A stretch of DNA of 64,000 nt from Naegleria gruberi (lineage: Eukaryota), in the NCBI GenBank assembly GCA_000004985.1, contig GG738854.1; one strand, given 5' to 3'. Within the stretch, counting starts at the first letter, position 1, and each line of letters starts with the position of its first letter. Positions 1 through 11,529 of this stretch are shown here, piece after piece. A program made the translations under genes and the position numbers. Under the pieces are notes generated by a model. It had not been told where the DNA came from. It worked only from the letters and a program-made list of their open reading frames with translations, and made no database searches.

Positions 1-1
1 A

Positions 2-973
2 TTTACCAAGCCAGATTTTACTAGTTTGGAGGTTTTGACATTTACATCAAGTGGTTTGCCAGCTGGTATCAATATTCCAAATCAATTCTTTATCAGAGAA
101 TCTCATGGTTTCAAGAATGTTTCTTTGGGTAATGTTCTCAATGCTCCAACTGCTCAAGGTGAAGAAATTACCTTCTTGAATGAGGAAGATAAGAAGATTT
201 TCAAGGACTACAAAGGAAAGGCATTTGAAATTCAAGTCTTGATTCACGAATTGCTTGGTCACGGAAGTGGTAAGCTCATGAAGGAAAATGACATTAAGGG
301 TATTATTCACCCAATTACCAAACAACCAATCACTACCTTCTATAAGGAAGGCGAAACTTTCAATAGTGTAATTGGTGAAATCAGTAATGCTTTTGAAGAA
401 TGTCGTGCTGAATGTACTGGTATCTATTTGTGCTTGGATAGAGAAATCTTAAAGATTTGTGGTGTTGAAGGTGAAGAAGCTAACAAGATTATCTATGCCA
501 ACTGGTTGCTCATGGTTAGATCTGGTTTGTTAGCTCTTCAATTCTACAACCCAGATACCAAGACTTGGAATCAAGCCCACATGATGGCCAGATATTCAAT
601 TCTCAGAGTTTTGATGGAAGCTGGATTGGTTAAAATCAGCAAGTTGGAAGATGATTTACAAATTGTTTTTGATGGTAGCAAGATTGAAACTGCTGGAAAG
701 GAAGCAATTGGAAACTATTTGCTCCATATCAATGTTTCAAAGGCTACTGCTGACAAGGCAGATGCTACTCAACTTTTTGGTAAATATACAGCTGTTAATG
801 AAGAATTTGTTGAGATGAGAAAGATTGTCTTGAATAAGAAACAACCAAGACGTGTGTTTGCTCAACCTCATACTGTCATTAATAAGGACGGTAAGGTTGA
901 ATTGCTAAACTTCCCAGCAACATCTGAAGGAATGATTAATGCCTTTGTTGCCCAAGCAAAGCTTAATCAATAA
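2..973 (+). CDS. DPP3: Dipeptidyl-peptidase III (peptidase family M49), C-terminal ~320 aa; 5' end lies outside the window
   Basis: HELLGH zinc motif (..VLIHELLGHGSGK..) and second motif EECRAE, both diagnostic for M49; the frame is open back to nt 2; stop TAA at 971-973. Confidence 0.85.
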   Translation, partial: FTKPDFTSLEVLTFTSSGLPAGINIPNQFFIRESHGFKNVSLGNVLNAPTAQGEEITFLNEEDKKIFKDYKGKAFEIQVLIHELLGHGSGKLMKENDIKGIIHPITKQPITTFYKEGETFNSVIGEISNAFEECRAECTGIYLCLDREILKICGVEGEEANKIIYANWLLMVRSGLLALQFYNPDTKTWNQAHMMARYSILRVLMEAGLVKISKLEDDLQIVFDGSKIETAGKEAIGNYLLHINVSKATADKADATQLFGKYTAVNEEFVEMRKIVLNKKQPRRVFAQPHTVINKDGKVELLNFPATSEGMINAFVAQAKLNQ

Positions 974-974
974 A

Positions 975-2325
975 TTATTTATTTATTGTCTTCCAAATTT
1001 CTGGATCGATCCAATCTGGTTGAGCCAGTTCACTCTTAAAATCATATTCTCCAACCTTGTAGTTGTACGAAAAGAGATTCAATTCGTCTGGTAGTTTAAA
1101 TTCTTGTTTATCCAAAACAGTATCTTGAAGAGCTTGCTTTTCAGCTTCTTGGCTAAAACCAAATCTTTCAAATAAATCCAATTTGTAGTTCCATATTTCA
1201 GATGCCTTTTCAGATCTTTGATATAAATAATCTGATTTCTCCTTGGAGGATGAAGAAATATCTCCAACAATAGTATAACCTCTTCCAATTAAATGTTCTC
1301 TTATTTGATGGTTTCTTCCTGTTATTGGACTGCAACTAAGTAGGGTTGTGTTTTCGTTAAAATCCTTGTGTAAAATTCGAAATATGGTTCTTCACAATCT
1401 TCCAACCAAGTTGAAAATTATTTGAAACTTACTTTGAGGGTTTTGGTTGAAATGCAACCCGATTCTTCTTACAAATCTCACGATATTCCTTTTCAACTTC
1501 CTTATTCGATATGGATTTGAAAATATTATCCCATCTCTGAATGCAGACAAGTGGGTCATTAATTTCAAATTGGGGTTTTCCTTTCACAATCCCATCAACC
1601 CTAGCAATATATTGTTTTTCGACTTGTTTCTCCTTCAAAAGTTTTTGGAAATACTTGGCTCCCTCAGATGTTTTTCCAACAATTAAAACTCCACATGTTT
1701 CCTTATCCAATCTGTGAATAGCTACATTATTCCAAAGTATTTTAAATATTCCAATATGATGAAATAATTATTACATACTCTTACAATGTAAATCATTTCC
1801 AAAGTGATGAGCATATTCATGTTCCAACATGTAAAAGAGTGAATTTTTGTGATATCTTTTAATGGGATGGACACAAATACCTGGTGGTTTGGTAACCACA
1901 ACAAAATCATTCTCCTCTTTGATAATTTCCAATTTATCAAAATGTTTAATAGGTCTATCCATTCTCATGTCCTTCACTTGAAAACAATCATCATCCTTTA
2001 ATTTATATTTCAATAACGATTTGGTAATTGGTTTTTCATTCAATGTAATGACATTCATTTCACACATTCTCCTAAAGGTACTCTCATCCACTCCATATTC
2101 TCTACAATACGACTCTTGGAGAGTTTTATTCGTCATTCTTCCTTCATAATTTTCAACTTTTTGGTGATAGCAATGAACATAGGGAATTACGTGACGAAGA
2201 GTTGTAATTTTAGCATCCCGATCGTTCACAGTTGCTTTCCGAAGAATACCTCCTTCCAAGACATGTTTAGTTAAAACATACTCTCCTAACTTCTCAAAGT
2301 GAGAGTGAATCACTTGTTTACTCAT
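975..2325 (-). CDS. RluA-family pseudouridine synthase (RPUSD-like), at least 3 exons (approx 2325-1771, 1710-1439, ~1395-975)
   Basis: Motifs VVVTKPPGICVHP and HRLDKETCGVLIVGKT (catalytic Asp) in the first two exons. GRNHQIREHL (the GRTHQIR motif) appears in the last exon. The exons are joined by ~40-60-nt GTAAGT introns. The stop at 975-977 is 1 nt from the DPP3 stop. Confidence 0.8.
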
Positions 2326-2439
2326 TTTTTTTACAAAATATTTAAATATTTAACAAAATTTAATATTATTCCAAAAATTACAAAATAAGGAATTTTAAAC
2401 TCCTTCCTATTATCTCTAATGTGAAATATCTCTTTTTGA

Positions 2440-4121
2440 TTATTTTCCAAAACGTTTGTTAATAAAATTTTCATACAAGCTACTCTTTTTAAATCTGACA
2501 AAACTTCCCTTTTGCATATTTCTGATAACTTCCTCCTTAGCCTTATCAAAGGTTCTCATATTTGGTTTGGCAAGGTTTTTAGAAATTTCATCACGTAGAG
2601 CACCTGGAATATTGACCTCGAATGCTGATCCAATTTGAATATAAGTGTCAAAGAGATTTTTCGAAACTTCTTTCAGTGAATGGTCATCATCAATATCCAA
2701 TCCCTTGTAATGTTCCACTTCCATGCAAAACATCAAGCTCTCAACGTGAAATTCTCTCACTAAAAATTGTTTGAAAACCTCTCTAGCATTCACATCAGTT
2801 AAGAAAAACTCAAAGGTTTCATAAAGTGGTATAATTGGCTGCTCAGTTTTGGTTGTTGGAATTGGGTTTCGTTTCCTAAAGATGTTGAATTTAGACATGT
2901 CCATATTACGAGTCCATGTCGAAGAGAGTGGGAGAATAATGGAAATGAAAAAACTTCCTAACAATTCAATACCGAGGAAATAACCAATGGTTGGTTGTTG
3001 AGGCCAAAATTGATTCGGTACTGCAATTAAAACAATCATTGGTATGGCCACAACGAAAATACTGAAAAACAGCATGATTGTCATTTCCTTTCTAATGGAG
3101 AAGGCATCATTAATCTTTCTCATTTTCATTAAAAGATATCCAAATGGAATAATCAAAATAATGGTAATACAGACATAAACTCTGACAGCAATACCCTCTT
3201 GCTCATTACAACGTTTCTGACATGTTGGGTTGATAATATCAGCAGAAAATAACAGTACCATATGTATGATAAAAATCAAAGTTGCCCAAGTCAATAGCAC
3301 TACACTCAATAATATAACAAGAAATCTCTCAGAGAAGTAAAACTGATTCTTGAACAATTTAGAATACTTATCACTGTTGGCTACCGTCGTGTAGAGTGGC
3401 ATCTTTTTCAATCCAATATTACTATCGAGAGCAAAAGAGGTCACATCGCTCGAAACATCTGAACTGTCCAATAAACTTTCTCCCAATTCAGCTGCTAATC
3501 TTTTTTCTCTCCTATTGTTTCTTCGAATGTATGATGAGTTAAAACTCTGTAGAGCTATTGGTGATGATACCTCTTCATTCTCTTTCATAATTTGTGACTG
3601 AGCTTCAGCCAATTTATATTGCATAATAGTTCTGTAGCATCTGAAAATATATGGCAAAAAGTATGAAAATTGAATGAAACCAACAATGTAATACGTTATT
3701 GGGCAAACTAAAATCAAATCAAAATATAATCTCGAATACCTTTCCAATATTTCCAATAATTAAATTATTCGAATCTAAATTAAAATCCTTACATATAGGC
3801 CAAAGCAATAGATCCCGTAACTCCAGAAATTAATAATAAAAATACAGAACGATCCTTCAATGGCTGCTTATTTCTCCTCCAAATTGTCAGTGAAAAGGCA
3901 ACAACATAACACAACAATCCAAATCCGAAAATAAATCCCAACACATAGACTCTCCACGATTGATGAGGAGGAATTCTATTAATTCTCGATATATATAAAG
4001 GATAGGCATATGAACATTGATCCAAAATATCATGAGTTTGATCCTGATTCCAAGGTATTGGAGGTGAAACTATTATCGATGATAATAACTTGGTCATATT
4101 ATTCAGAATCGTGATGGACAT
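2440..4121 (-). CDS. Seven-transmembrane receptor with C-terminal RGS domain (GPCR-RGS hybrid), 2 exons (4121-3789 and 3756-2440)
   Basis: Multiple hydrophobic helices are followed by an RGS-domain-like C-terminal region (FLTDVNAREVFKQFLVREFHVESLMFCMEVEHYK ... GSFVRFKKSSLYENF). ORF 3789..4121 supplies the N-terminal TM segments. Confidence 0.7.
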
Positions 4122-4422
4122 TTTTTTCTTCTATTGATGATGTTTAATCGGAGTCTTGTGATTTGTGAAGTTGGGAAGAATTGTAATTGATTATTTAGAG
4201 TTCTTGTTTTACGTATTGTACATCTATGCTCAACTGAGTGATATCAACAAGGCATCATGGTGTGTGATGATTGATTTGAAGGCTTCTTTTTGTCTTTAGA
4301 AAATTTGGAGGGAACAAAGAAAAAATAACGAAATATTAATATTGAGAGGAATCCAGTATTGTTAAATTTTATATTTATTGTTGACTTCTGTCTTGTTTTT
4401 AGTCATCATAGATTATTGGAAA

Positions 4423-7400
4423 ATGTCTTCATCAAATTTGGAACAATTGGAAAGTAGTTCTTCTTCTATGGCTCCTTCCATGCATAAATACGGAGCATGT
4501 ATTGAAGAATTTAATGCAAATATTTCATTTGGAAATTCTATCAAGTGGTGCAAGGATGAAAATTATATTGCCATGCAAACAAATAATACAGTATATATTA
4601 AGAATGTAATTAATGAAAAAAGAGGAACCATAGTATTGAACAAAGAATCGGAATCGGAAGATGGCACAGTAACAACAAGTCAAGAGCCTAATAGAACATC
4701 TACACACTTTAAAGACAGAACAGTCATACATCCGAGTATGTTTGTTCGTTTTTTACAATCATCTTTTAGATCGATATGTTGGAGTTCTCCGATTGAAAAT
4801 TATGAAACTTTTGAAATTACAAATGAAATTGGATGTTTAATATCATGTATTACAAGTGATAATAATTGCAGAATTTACAAGAGGCCAACCCAAGGATATA
4901 CCACAAATTGGGAGCTTGTTTGTGATGTTAGAGCCATTTTGCAAGATAATGACAAAATTCTTCTCTCAATTGAAAATGACAATGATGTCATCGTGACTCC
5001 ACAAGGAATTATTACAACAAATGGATTGGTCAATGAAGGTGAATTGATTACTAACAAGAAAACCAGAAATCATGTCTCTAAAAAGACATCTTCTGTTATG
5101 GGTTTGGAACAACAATTCTTTTCTCATTTCTACAAATCATTTACTGATGCATCTGGATTCGATCCAACAAAGCAGGAATATCAGGTTGGCTATAGAAAAT
5201 GGACAGATGAGGAACAAAAAATCTATGATAAGGTCTTGGAGAGTTCATTGGAATATTTCAAACCACAACTTGAGGAAAATTCACTTTCAACGGAAAGTCT
5301 CACTAAGAATTTGTATGTAAAACTGAGAACCAAAATGAGAAAGGATAAGGAAAAAGGAAAATTAACTGACACCAATATCAGTTCATCAACAAGAGAAACT
5401 AGAAGAACATCAACAGGATCTACAACTGAAGATCTTACCCAAGAAGATGTTGTAGAAACACCAGAAAAAAAGAGAAAAGAATCCCCATCTGAATCACAAC
5501 AACCAAAAAAGCTGAAAAGACTTTACTTTTCCAGAGGAGTTGCTAGAGCCAAAGACGAGGAGGTCAATCAGTCAGAGTATAACCATTGCCTTTATATTAC
5601 AGAACTTATGTGTTCAGACTTTTCCCAACCTTTCAAAAAGTCTATTGATGGAGCATTTAGACAATCTCTTTACATGGTGTGTGGATCTAAAACTGGTTTC
5701 TTATCTATCTTTGTTATTACCAACTTTGATAGAAAACTTGAAGTTGAACTTGTTGGTTATTCAAAGATTTTCTCTAATTTCATATCATTTGTGAAATTCC
5801 TCCCCTCTAGATCTGGTGATGAATTCTTTCGAATTGTTGTTGCAAGTTGTGAAGGTCAAATCAAAATTTTATCCATTCCTAAAAGCTACACTCAATCAAT
5901 TGAAAAACTAGACGATTTGGTAACTCCTAAAGAAATTTGTAAAGAGTACTCCTCATACTTTGAATCTGACAGTATCCCTCTTACAAGTTTGGAGACATTC
6001 TACGTTTCAAAGGATCAATCTAAAAAAGCGCTAGATGAAATGTACATGTGTTATTCGAAAGGCACGAATCTCTATGTGTGCAAATTTGAATTCCAAGATC
6101 AAGAAACTCTCTTGACTTGGCGAAAGAAATTTTCATGCCAAAACTTTACAATTTCTTCCATCTCGATGCAATACATAACAATTGACCGATCTGATAAGGA
6201 AAACAGTACTATTAATACCTTACTTGTATATACAACCTCTTTGGATGGAAGTCTTGTTCAGTGGAAGATTAATGAGGATACTACAGATGATGGATACACT
6301 TCAGTATATATTATTTCTAAAAATTTTGAATTACCAGTTTGGGGCTGTTCACTCTCTCCCAATAATGTTCAAATGGCTATTTCAGTTGAGAGACCTTCAA
6401 CCAGAGAAGTAAGAGCAGATTTGGAACATAGAAACAAGATTAGAATGTACATTCTCCCTCTATATTATCATGCCTTGAGAGCTATTTATCATATTCCTCA
6501 AACTGATCCAATTCCTTCACATTGTATTGTTGACTATTTCACAACTCTGTTGAGGAGAGGAATATTCAGAAAGCAACAAGCTTTTGATATTGCTGATTGT
6601 CTTTCCTCGAGTGATATGGTTGAGTACATTGAAAAGATTTTATCCAATGTATATGACACTGCCAATAATCTACCTCTGAAAAAGATTTTATACTTCATCT
6701 ATTCATGGATTTGTCGTGAGAAGAGTTATCCTCTCAGAGAAACTCTATTGGAACGAAAGGCCATCTTGGAAGAAGAATTGAGATATATTTATTCTGTGAC
6801 ACTCTTTGATATTCAATCTAAAAAGCAAGAAAAACCAAACTTGACTCAATATCTTCTCTGTGATTGGATCCTGCTGTACTATCAAGATTTTGTTGCTGAA
6901 CATTTTCCATCCAACAACCTTAATAATATGACTCCTTACATTCTCCAACAAGTGGCACAATTTTTACCAATCCTAGATTCTATAATCAAGACACTAAAGA
7001 ATGAAGATAATGCTGAGAAGAATTTGAAGGAAATTCAATTCGCTCAAAAACTCTTTGCATTATTTACTAGAGTATCGAACAAGGAAGATCATGCAGCAAG
7101 CATTTCGAATGAAATTATCAGTGAGACTAATTTCATCACTCCCCGAGATTCATGTTCTGTTTGTAAGCCAACAAGTGAAGAAAGATTTGTTCCAATTGTT
7201 TTTGGTTCCCAATTTTCACATGCCACTTGTTGTTCAACGAGAAAACATCCAATTGCTAGGGATGGTTTTACATTTGAGATCATCAGAGATGTTTATCAAA
7301 TGTTGGAGTGTTCTTGTTGTTGCCAACAGACAAGCCGTGATGGATTATTCTCTGTCTTGTACAGAAATTGTACTCAACATAATACTACTGCTGTTGTTGG

Positions 7401-7557
7401 AGGAGAAGAACAACATAATCAACCATCGGAAGAAGTTGTTGTTGATGAGAATTTGATGAGTCTGTTGTGTCCATCCCACAAGGATGTTCACATTGAAGCT
7501 TGTTCTTTTAAGATTGAATGTTGTTTGTGTGGTTCCTCTTTCAATGCAAAAGTTTGA
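4423..7557 (+). CDS. Large (about 1045 aa) intronless uncharacterized protein with beta-propeller-like middle region and C-terminal Cys-rich cluster
   Basis: Single 3.1-kb ORF; the first ATG is at 4423 (the ORF-track start at 4378 is TTG). C-terminal ~150 aa has many Cys/His (CSVCKP...HATCCSTRKH...CSCCCQQ...CPSHKDVHIEACSFKIECCLCG). No family recognised with confidence. An architecture reminiscent of TFIIIC tau91/GTF3C4 is only a weak guess. Confidence 0.55.
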   Translation: MSSSNLEQLESSSSSMAPSMHKYGACIEEFNANISFGNSIKWCKDENYIAMQTNNTVYIKNVINEKRGTIVLNKESESEDGTVTTSQEPNRTSTHFKDRTVIHPSMFVRFLQSSFRSICWSSPIENYETFEITNEIGCLISCITSDNNCRIYKRPTQGYTTNWELVCDVRAILQDNDKILLSIENDNDVIVTPQGIITTNGLVNEGELITNKKTRNHVSKKTSSVMGLEQQFFSHFYKSFTDASGFDPTKQEYQVGYRKWTDEEQKIYDKVLESSLEYFKPQLEENSLSTESLTKNLYVKLRTKMRKDKEKGKLTDTNISSSTRETRRTSTGSTTEDLTQEDVVETPEKKRKESPSESQQPKKLKRLYFSRGVARAKDEEVNQSEYNHCLYITELMCSDFSQPFKKSIDGAFRQSLYMVCGSKTGFLSIFVITNFDRKLEVELVGYSKIFSNFISFVKFLPSRSGDEFFRIVVASCEGQIKILSIPKSYTQSIEKLDDLVTPKEICKEYSSYFESDSIPLTSLETFYVSKDQSKKALDEMYMCYSKGTNLYVCKFEFQDQETLLTWRKKFSCQNFTISSISMQYITIDRSDKENSTINTLLVYTTSLDGSLVQWKINEDTTDDGYTSVYIISKNFELPVWGCSLSPNNVQMAISVERPSTREVRADLEHRNKIRMYILPLYYHALRAIYHIPQTDPIPSHCIVDYFTTLLRRGIFRKQQAFDIADCLSSSDMVEYIEKILSNVYDTANNLPLKKILYFIYSWICREKSYPLRETLLERKAILEEELRYIYSVTLFDIQSKKQEKPNLTQYLLCDWILLYYQDFVAEHFPSNNLNNMTPYILQQVAQFLPILDSIIKTLKNEDNAEKNLKEIQFAQKLFALFTRVSNKEDHAASISNEIISETNFITPRDSCSVCKPTSEERFVPIVFGSQFSHATCCSTRKHPIARDGFTFEIIRDVYQMLECSCCCQQTSRDGLFSVLYRNCTQHNTTAVVGGEEQHNQPSEEVVVDENLMSLLCPSHKDVHIEACSFKIECCLCGSSFNAKV

Positions 7558-7753
7558 TGATGGTTTAAGAGGAGAAGATTTGTCATTGAATTTGTGATGG
7601 TCATTTTATTAATAGCTTGCCAAAAACTTTCATTGTAAAAATCTATCAACCAAGAGCAGTTTTAATAAAATTTGTTTCGAAAAAAAAATCTCAAAGTCAC
7701 AAAAGTATGTATTGCTGCTGTTGAAAAATTTTATTAACACGCTTCTTTAATAG

Positions 7754-8536
7754 ATGGGTAAGAGAATTAGAGCTCAAAGAAAGGGTAACGGTGCTGGTCC
7801 ATACAAGACTAGATCTATCTACAAGATCGCCAAACCACAATACAGACATTTGGACTACTCTGAAAGAGAAGGTTTCATGAAGGGTGTCGTTAGACAAATC
7901 GTTCACGAACCAGGTCGTGGTGCTCCATTGGCTGAAGTTGCCTTCAGACATCCATTGAAGCCAAAGAAGGATATCCAATACTTCCTTGCTCCAGAAGGTT
8001 TATATACTGGTCAATTCGTTTTCTGCGGTCAAAAGGCTGAATTGAAGATTGGTAACGTCCTCCCAATTGGTAACTTGCCAGAAGGTACTGTCTGTTGTAA
8101 CGTTGAAAGAAAGACTGGTGATAGAGGTGCATTGGCTAGAGCTGCTGGTGAATCCGCTGTTATTATTGCCCACTCTGAAGATGGTAAGACTAGAGTTAAG
8201 CTCCCATCTGGTGTCAAGAAGACTCTCCCATCCGATAACAGAGCTACCATTGGTGTTATTGCCTGTGGTGGTAAGACTGAAAGACCTGTCTTGAAGGCTT
8301 CAACCAATTACTTCAGATTCAAGGCTAAGGGTAGAAAGCAATGGCCAAGAGTTAGAGGTGTTGCCATGAACCCTGTTGAACATCCACACGGTGGTGGTAA
8401 CCATCAACACATTGGTAAGCCATCTACTGTTTCCAGATTGACACCTGCCGGTAGAAAGGTCGGTTTGATCGGTGCCAGAAGAACTGGTAGAATTAGAGGT
8501 GGTAAGGCCAACGTCAACCAAGTTGAAAAGGATTAA
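7754..8536 (+). CDS. RPL8: 60S ribosomal protein L8 (uL2), intronless, complete
   Basis: [11 protein letters not shown]...GRGAPLA...[24 protein letters not shown]... matches the eukaryotic uL2 family along its whole length. Strongly biased codon usage (AGA, GGT, CCA, AAG) indicates high expression. Confidence 0.97.
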   Translation: MGKRIRAQRKGNGAGPYKTRSIYKIAKPQYRHLDYSEREGFMKGVVRQIVHEPGRGAPLAEVAFRHPLKPKKDIQYFLAPEGLYTGQFVFCGQKAELKIGNVLPIGNLPEGTVCCNVERKTGDRGALARAAGESAVIIAHSEDGKTRVKLPSGVKKTLPSDNRATIGVIACGGKTERPVLKASTNYFRFKAKGRKQWPRVRGVAMNPVEHPHGGGNHQHIGKPSTVSRLTPAGRKVGLIGARRTGRIRGGKANVNQVEKD

Positions 8537-8751
8537 ATTTAAAGCTCCAAACCCTATTAAACAAAAAAATTATCTTAAAAAACAATTATCTGTGTTATTT
8601 ATTTTCAAAAACAATAACGATTACTATCCCAACTTAGTTTCAACTTTGTTTTTAGCCTACTAATACCTTGCTTGACAAAGGTTTACATGATTTTTCTAAG
8701 GGAAAAGCATAATATTTTAAATTGTTTAGAATAAATAAGATACTTGTAATT

Positions 8752-9670
8752 TTATTGACAACACTTTTTCTTTTCCTTTGGTTTGGTGTTGGTTTCTTGA
8801 TTGAGATTGACTTTGGTTGTGGTTGGTTCTGTAGGGGGTGTTTGTTGTGGAGTGGTTTCATCATTTTGAGCTTGTTCGAGTTTGTTATAATAATCAATGG
8901 CTATGGTTTGGAAAACTAAACATGATGATTAAAATTTGAGAAGGGTAATAATGTGATAACTTACTTTCCTTAACATTCAAATTTTCTTTCACACTAGCTC
9001 TGAAAAATTTAATACCCAACTCTGTGGCAAGTACTTCTGCTTCTGAACTATTGAAATGTGTCAAATAAAAATTCGAAATAAACTTACGGCTGTATGACAG
9101 CTTGGTCTATCAAATCAATCTTATTTTGAATTAAAACTTTACATAAATTAGTGTCGTCACATTGAGTATCCACTTTTTCATTCCAAGCTTTGATGGCTTC
9201 GAAACTTCTACGATCAGTTGTTGAAAATACCAGAATGGCTCCTTTGGCTCCTCTATAGTATTGTCTGGTCATGTCAGCAAATTCTAAATTCCACACACAA
9301 AATTAGTTTTCATTAATTAAATATATTTACCTTCCTAAAATAATACAGTTATTAATTACTCAACATTCCAATATCGTTTTTTGATAAACTTACTTGTCCA
9401 GCAGTGTCCCACAACATGAAAGTTACTATTTATCAATTAAAAGTTTGATGAAATTAAAAGGTTTGATGAAGGCAAGTCATTAAAAATCCATCAAATATTA
9501 ATTCCATTCTACATACCTGCCTCGTTTATAGGATCGGGTATATATTGTTGTTTTTCTTTGAAAGCAACTCCAATAGTTTGTCTATAATCAGGATCATATT
9601 TTGAATCGACAAATCTTCGGACCAAACTGGTTTTACCAACTTGACCGTCTCCAACAATAATTACTTTCAT
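8752..9670 (-). CDS. RAB23: Rab23-like small GTPase, 5 exons (approx 9670-9512, 9420-9398, 9296-9091, 9040-8964, 8915-8752)
   Basis: G1 VGDGQVGKTS, G3 WDTAGQ on a 23-nt exon, then YYRGAKGAILVFSTTDRRSFEAIKAWNEKV, NKIDL and SVKENLNVKEIF. This is about 60% identical to human RAB23 over the core. C-terminal KKKCCQ prenylation motif. Introns 44-90 nt with GTATGT/GTAAGT donors. Confidence 0.75.
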
Positions 9671-10604
9671 ATGTTCTGTTATTATTTTCCAAATATAACA
9701 ATTGTTCATAATAGTTTCATGGTTATCATTGAATATTCAATTTAAATTTGATCATCATCGTTAATTCCACATCATCACAATAATGAAAATTAATATTAAT
9801 GAATTAAATATAATGCGATTCGAATCATCATCATGCTGGTGGCTATCAAAAACCTACTCTCTAATTCCTCCATTTTTTTATATAGCTAATAGGTGTTCTT
9901 TGTCAGTGTGTGTTGATAGTTGTTGTTGTATTGAATTTATTCTACGGCTAGTGATGTTTTACTACTTTTTCTGATGAAGATTTGGCTCTGTAATAAAATC
10001 CCTCCAAAGAAGCAGCTGAATTTGCACAATAAAAAAAAGCGCGCCACAAGTGTAATCAAACATCAATCGTCGCCACTCAGCCAGGTAAAGTAAGGTATAA
10101 ACAAATGAATGAAACAGAGATTGTTATTTGACTATTAATCCAAGTAATGAAAGAATTAAAGATAATGTCATCTTTGAGTAGATGTTAATAGATATATTGA
10201 TGGTGGGAAAATTTCCTTATTATACTTTTAATGGCAAATATTTGAGATGAATATTTTGAGGATTGAATGGTAATTTAAGGTTAGAATGACAAATTTGTTC
10301 ATCAAAAGAAGAAGGGGCAATGGCAACCTATTACCATGATAGTGCACTTAATAATTGGCCAAATACTCCAGTTGGAAATTTCTCATCTTGATTCCGAAAT
10401 TCAATCATCATAATAATGTATTCAAAATTTATTATATTTTATAGTTCATACTAGCTAGAGAATTGTCATCCCGTAAATGACATTATTGATGTGGATGTGT
10501 GTAACAATGTACAATATATTATTTACATTAGTAATATATTTTCTATTACTACTAAATTACTATTCGATTTCGAATAAATGGTATTAGATAAAGATAATAC
10601 TATT

Positions 10605-10985
10605 CTAATTGAACATATTTGGGTCAGTAGCCTTGACGAAACTCTTGACAGGACTCTTGAAAGCATGAGTCAATTTGTTTATCGACTCTATCCAAACATT
10701 CCTTTCATTTTCCGATTCGGCATAAATCTGATAATCTCTACCAAGATTTGTCTTGACCAAGAATTCATAATAATTCTTTCCTTTGATATTTTCTACATTA
10801 CCAGTATTCTCAGCACATACAATAAGTCTCAGATAAATTCTATCAATAGGAGGAGCACTAGTCGATGAAACATCATCGAAATAGGCCAATTCCTCATCGG
10901 TCAGAATGAGCCATCTCTTCTTTGTCGACTTGAACAACCCTCCCTTCTTGAAGATGTATCCACTTCTATGTGTTTTAATAGCCAT
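10605..10985 (-). CDS. Small PH (pleckstrin-homology) domain protein, 126 aa
   Basis: GYIFKKGGLFKSTKKRWLILTDEELAYF...YEFLVKTNLGRDYQIYAESENERNVWIESINKL fits the PH-domain pattern, including the C-terminal Trp helix. ATG at 10985-10983. Confidence 0.7.
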   Translation of the reverse strand: MAIKTHRSGYIFKKGGLFKSTKKRWLILTDEELAYFDDVSSTSAPPIDRIYLRLIVCAENTGNVENIKGKNYYEFLVKTNLGRDYQIYAESENERNVWIESINKLTHAFKSPVKSFVKATDPNMFN

Positions 10986-11529
10986 GTTGTTTGTGTTCGG
11001 TCTTTGTTCTTTGTATTTTGGAAAAAGAGGTGACAGTATTCCAGTGTTTACTACAAAGGTGTTGTGTTCTTTTTTCTGTTGAAATGAAGAAGTGATGTGG
11101 TCTGCTCTTTCGTAATGTTGAGAAACAGAAATAGCAAATTCTGCAATTCTCGAAGTTGACTGGATATTTTGGGAAGTGTTTGGTTAGACTTGGAAGAATC
11201 TGTCACAATATTGATATTGAGCAAGGTGGTGGGTTATCTATTGAATGTTAATAAACTCAAGATGATTCGGCTGGTATTTAAACTCAATATTTAATTTTAA
11301 AAAATGTCAAAAGTGTTCATAAAATGTTAGACTTGTCATTTCATAGGAGCTTTCAATGACATCCTTAAACAGCTAGACATTCCATATTTATTTTTTTGAG
11401 AATTTTGAATTCTCATTGTTATTTCATCATCTACAGCCTTTAACTAATACTTCCAGAACAGTATTTATTAATACAATTGATTTATTCAATATAGTATTAA
11501 TTTTTTTAATTATTGCAAATTTAAAAAAA

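Noticed and set aside
4378-4422. ORF-track start codon at 4378 (and similar 'M' starts at 26, 39975, 31051, 57675)
   Set aside because: These are TTG/GTG alternative starts allowed by the ORF finder. Real initiation is at the first in-frame ATG or in an upstream exon.
10035-10050. Isolated GC-rich octamer AAAAGCGCGCC in the 930-bp AT-rich spacer upstream of Rab23 (E2F-like?)
   Set aside because: Does not match the E2F consensus TTTSSCGC in either orientation; a single GC-rich word is insufficient evidence for a regulatory site.
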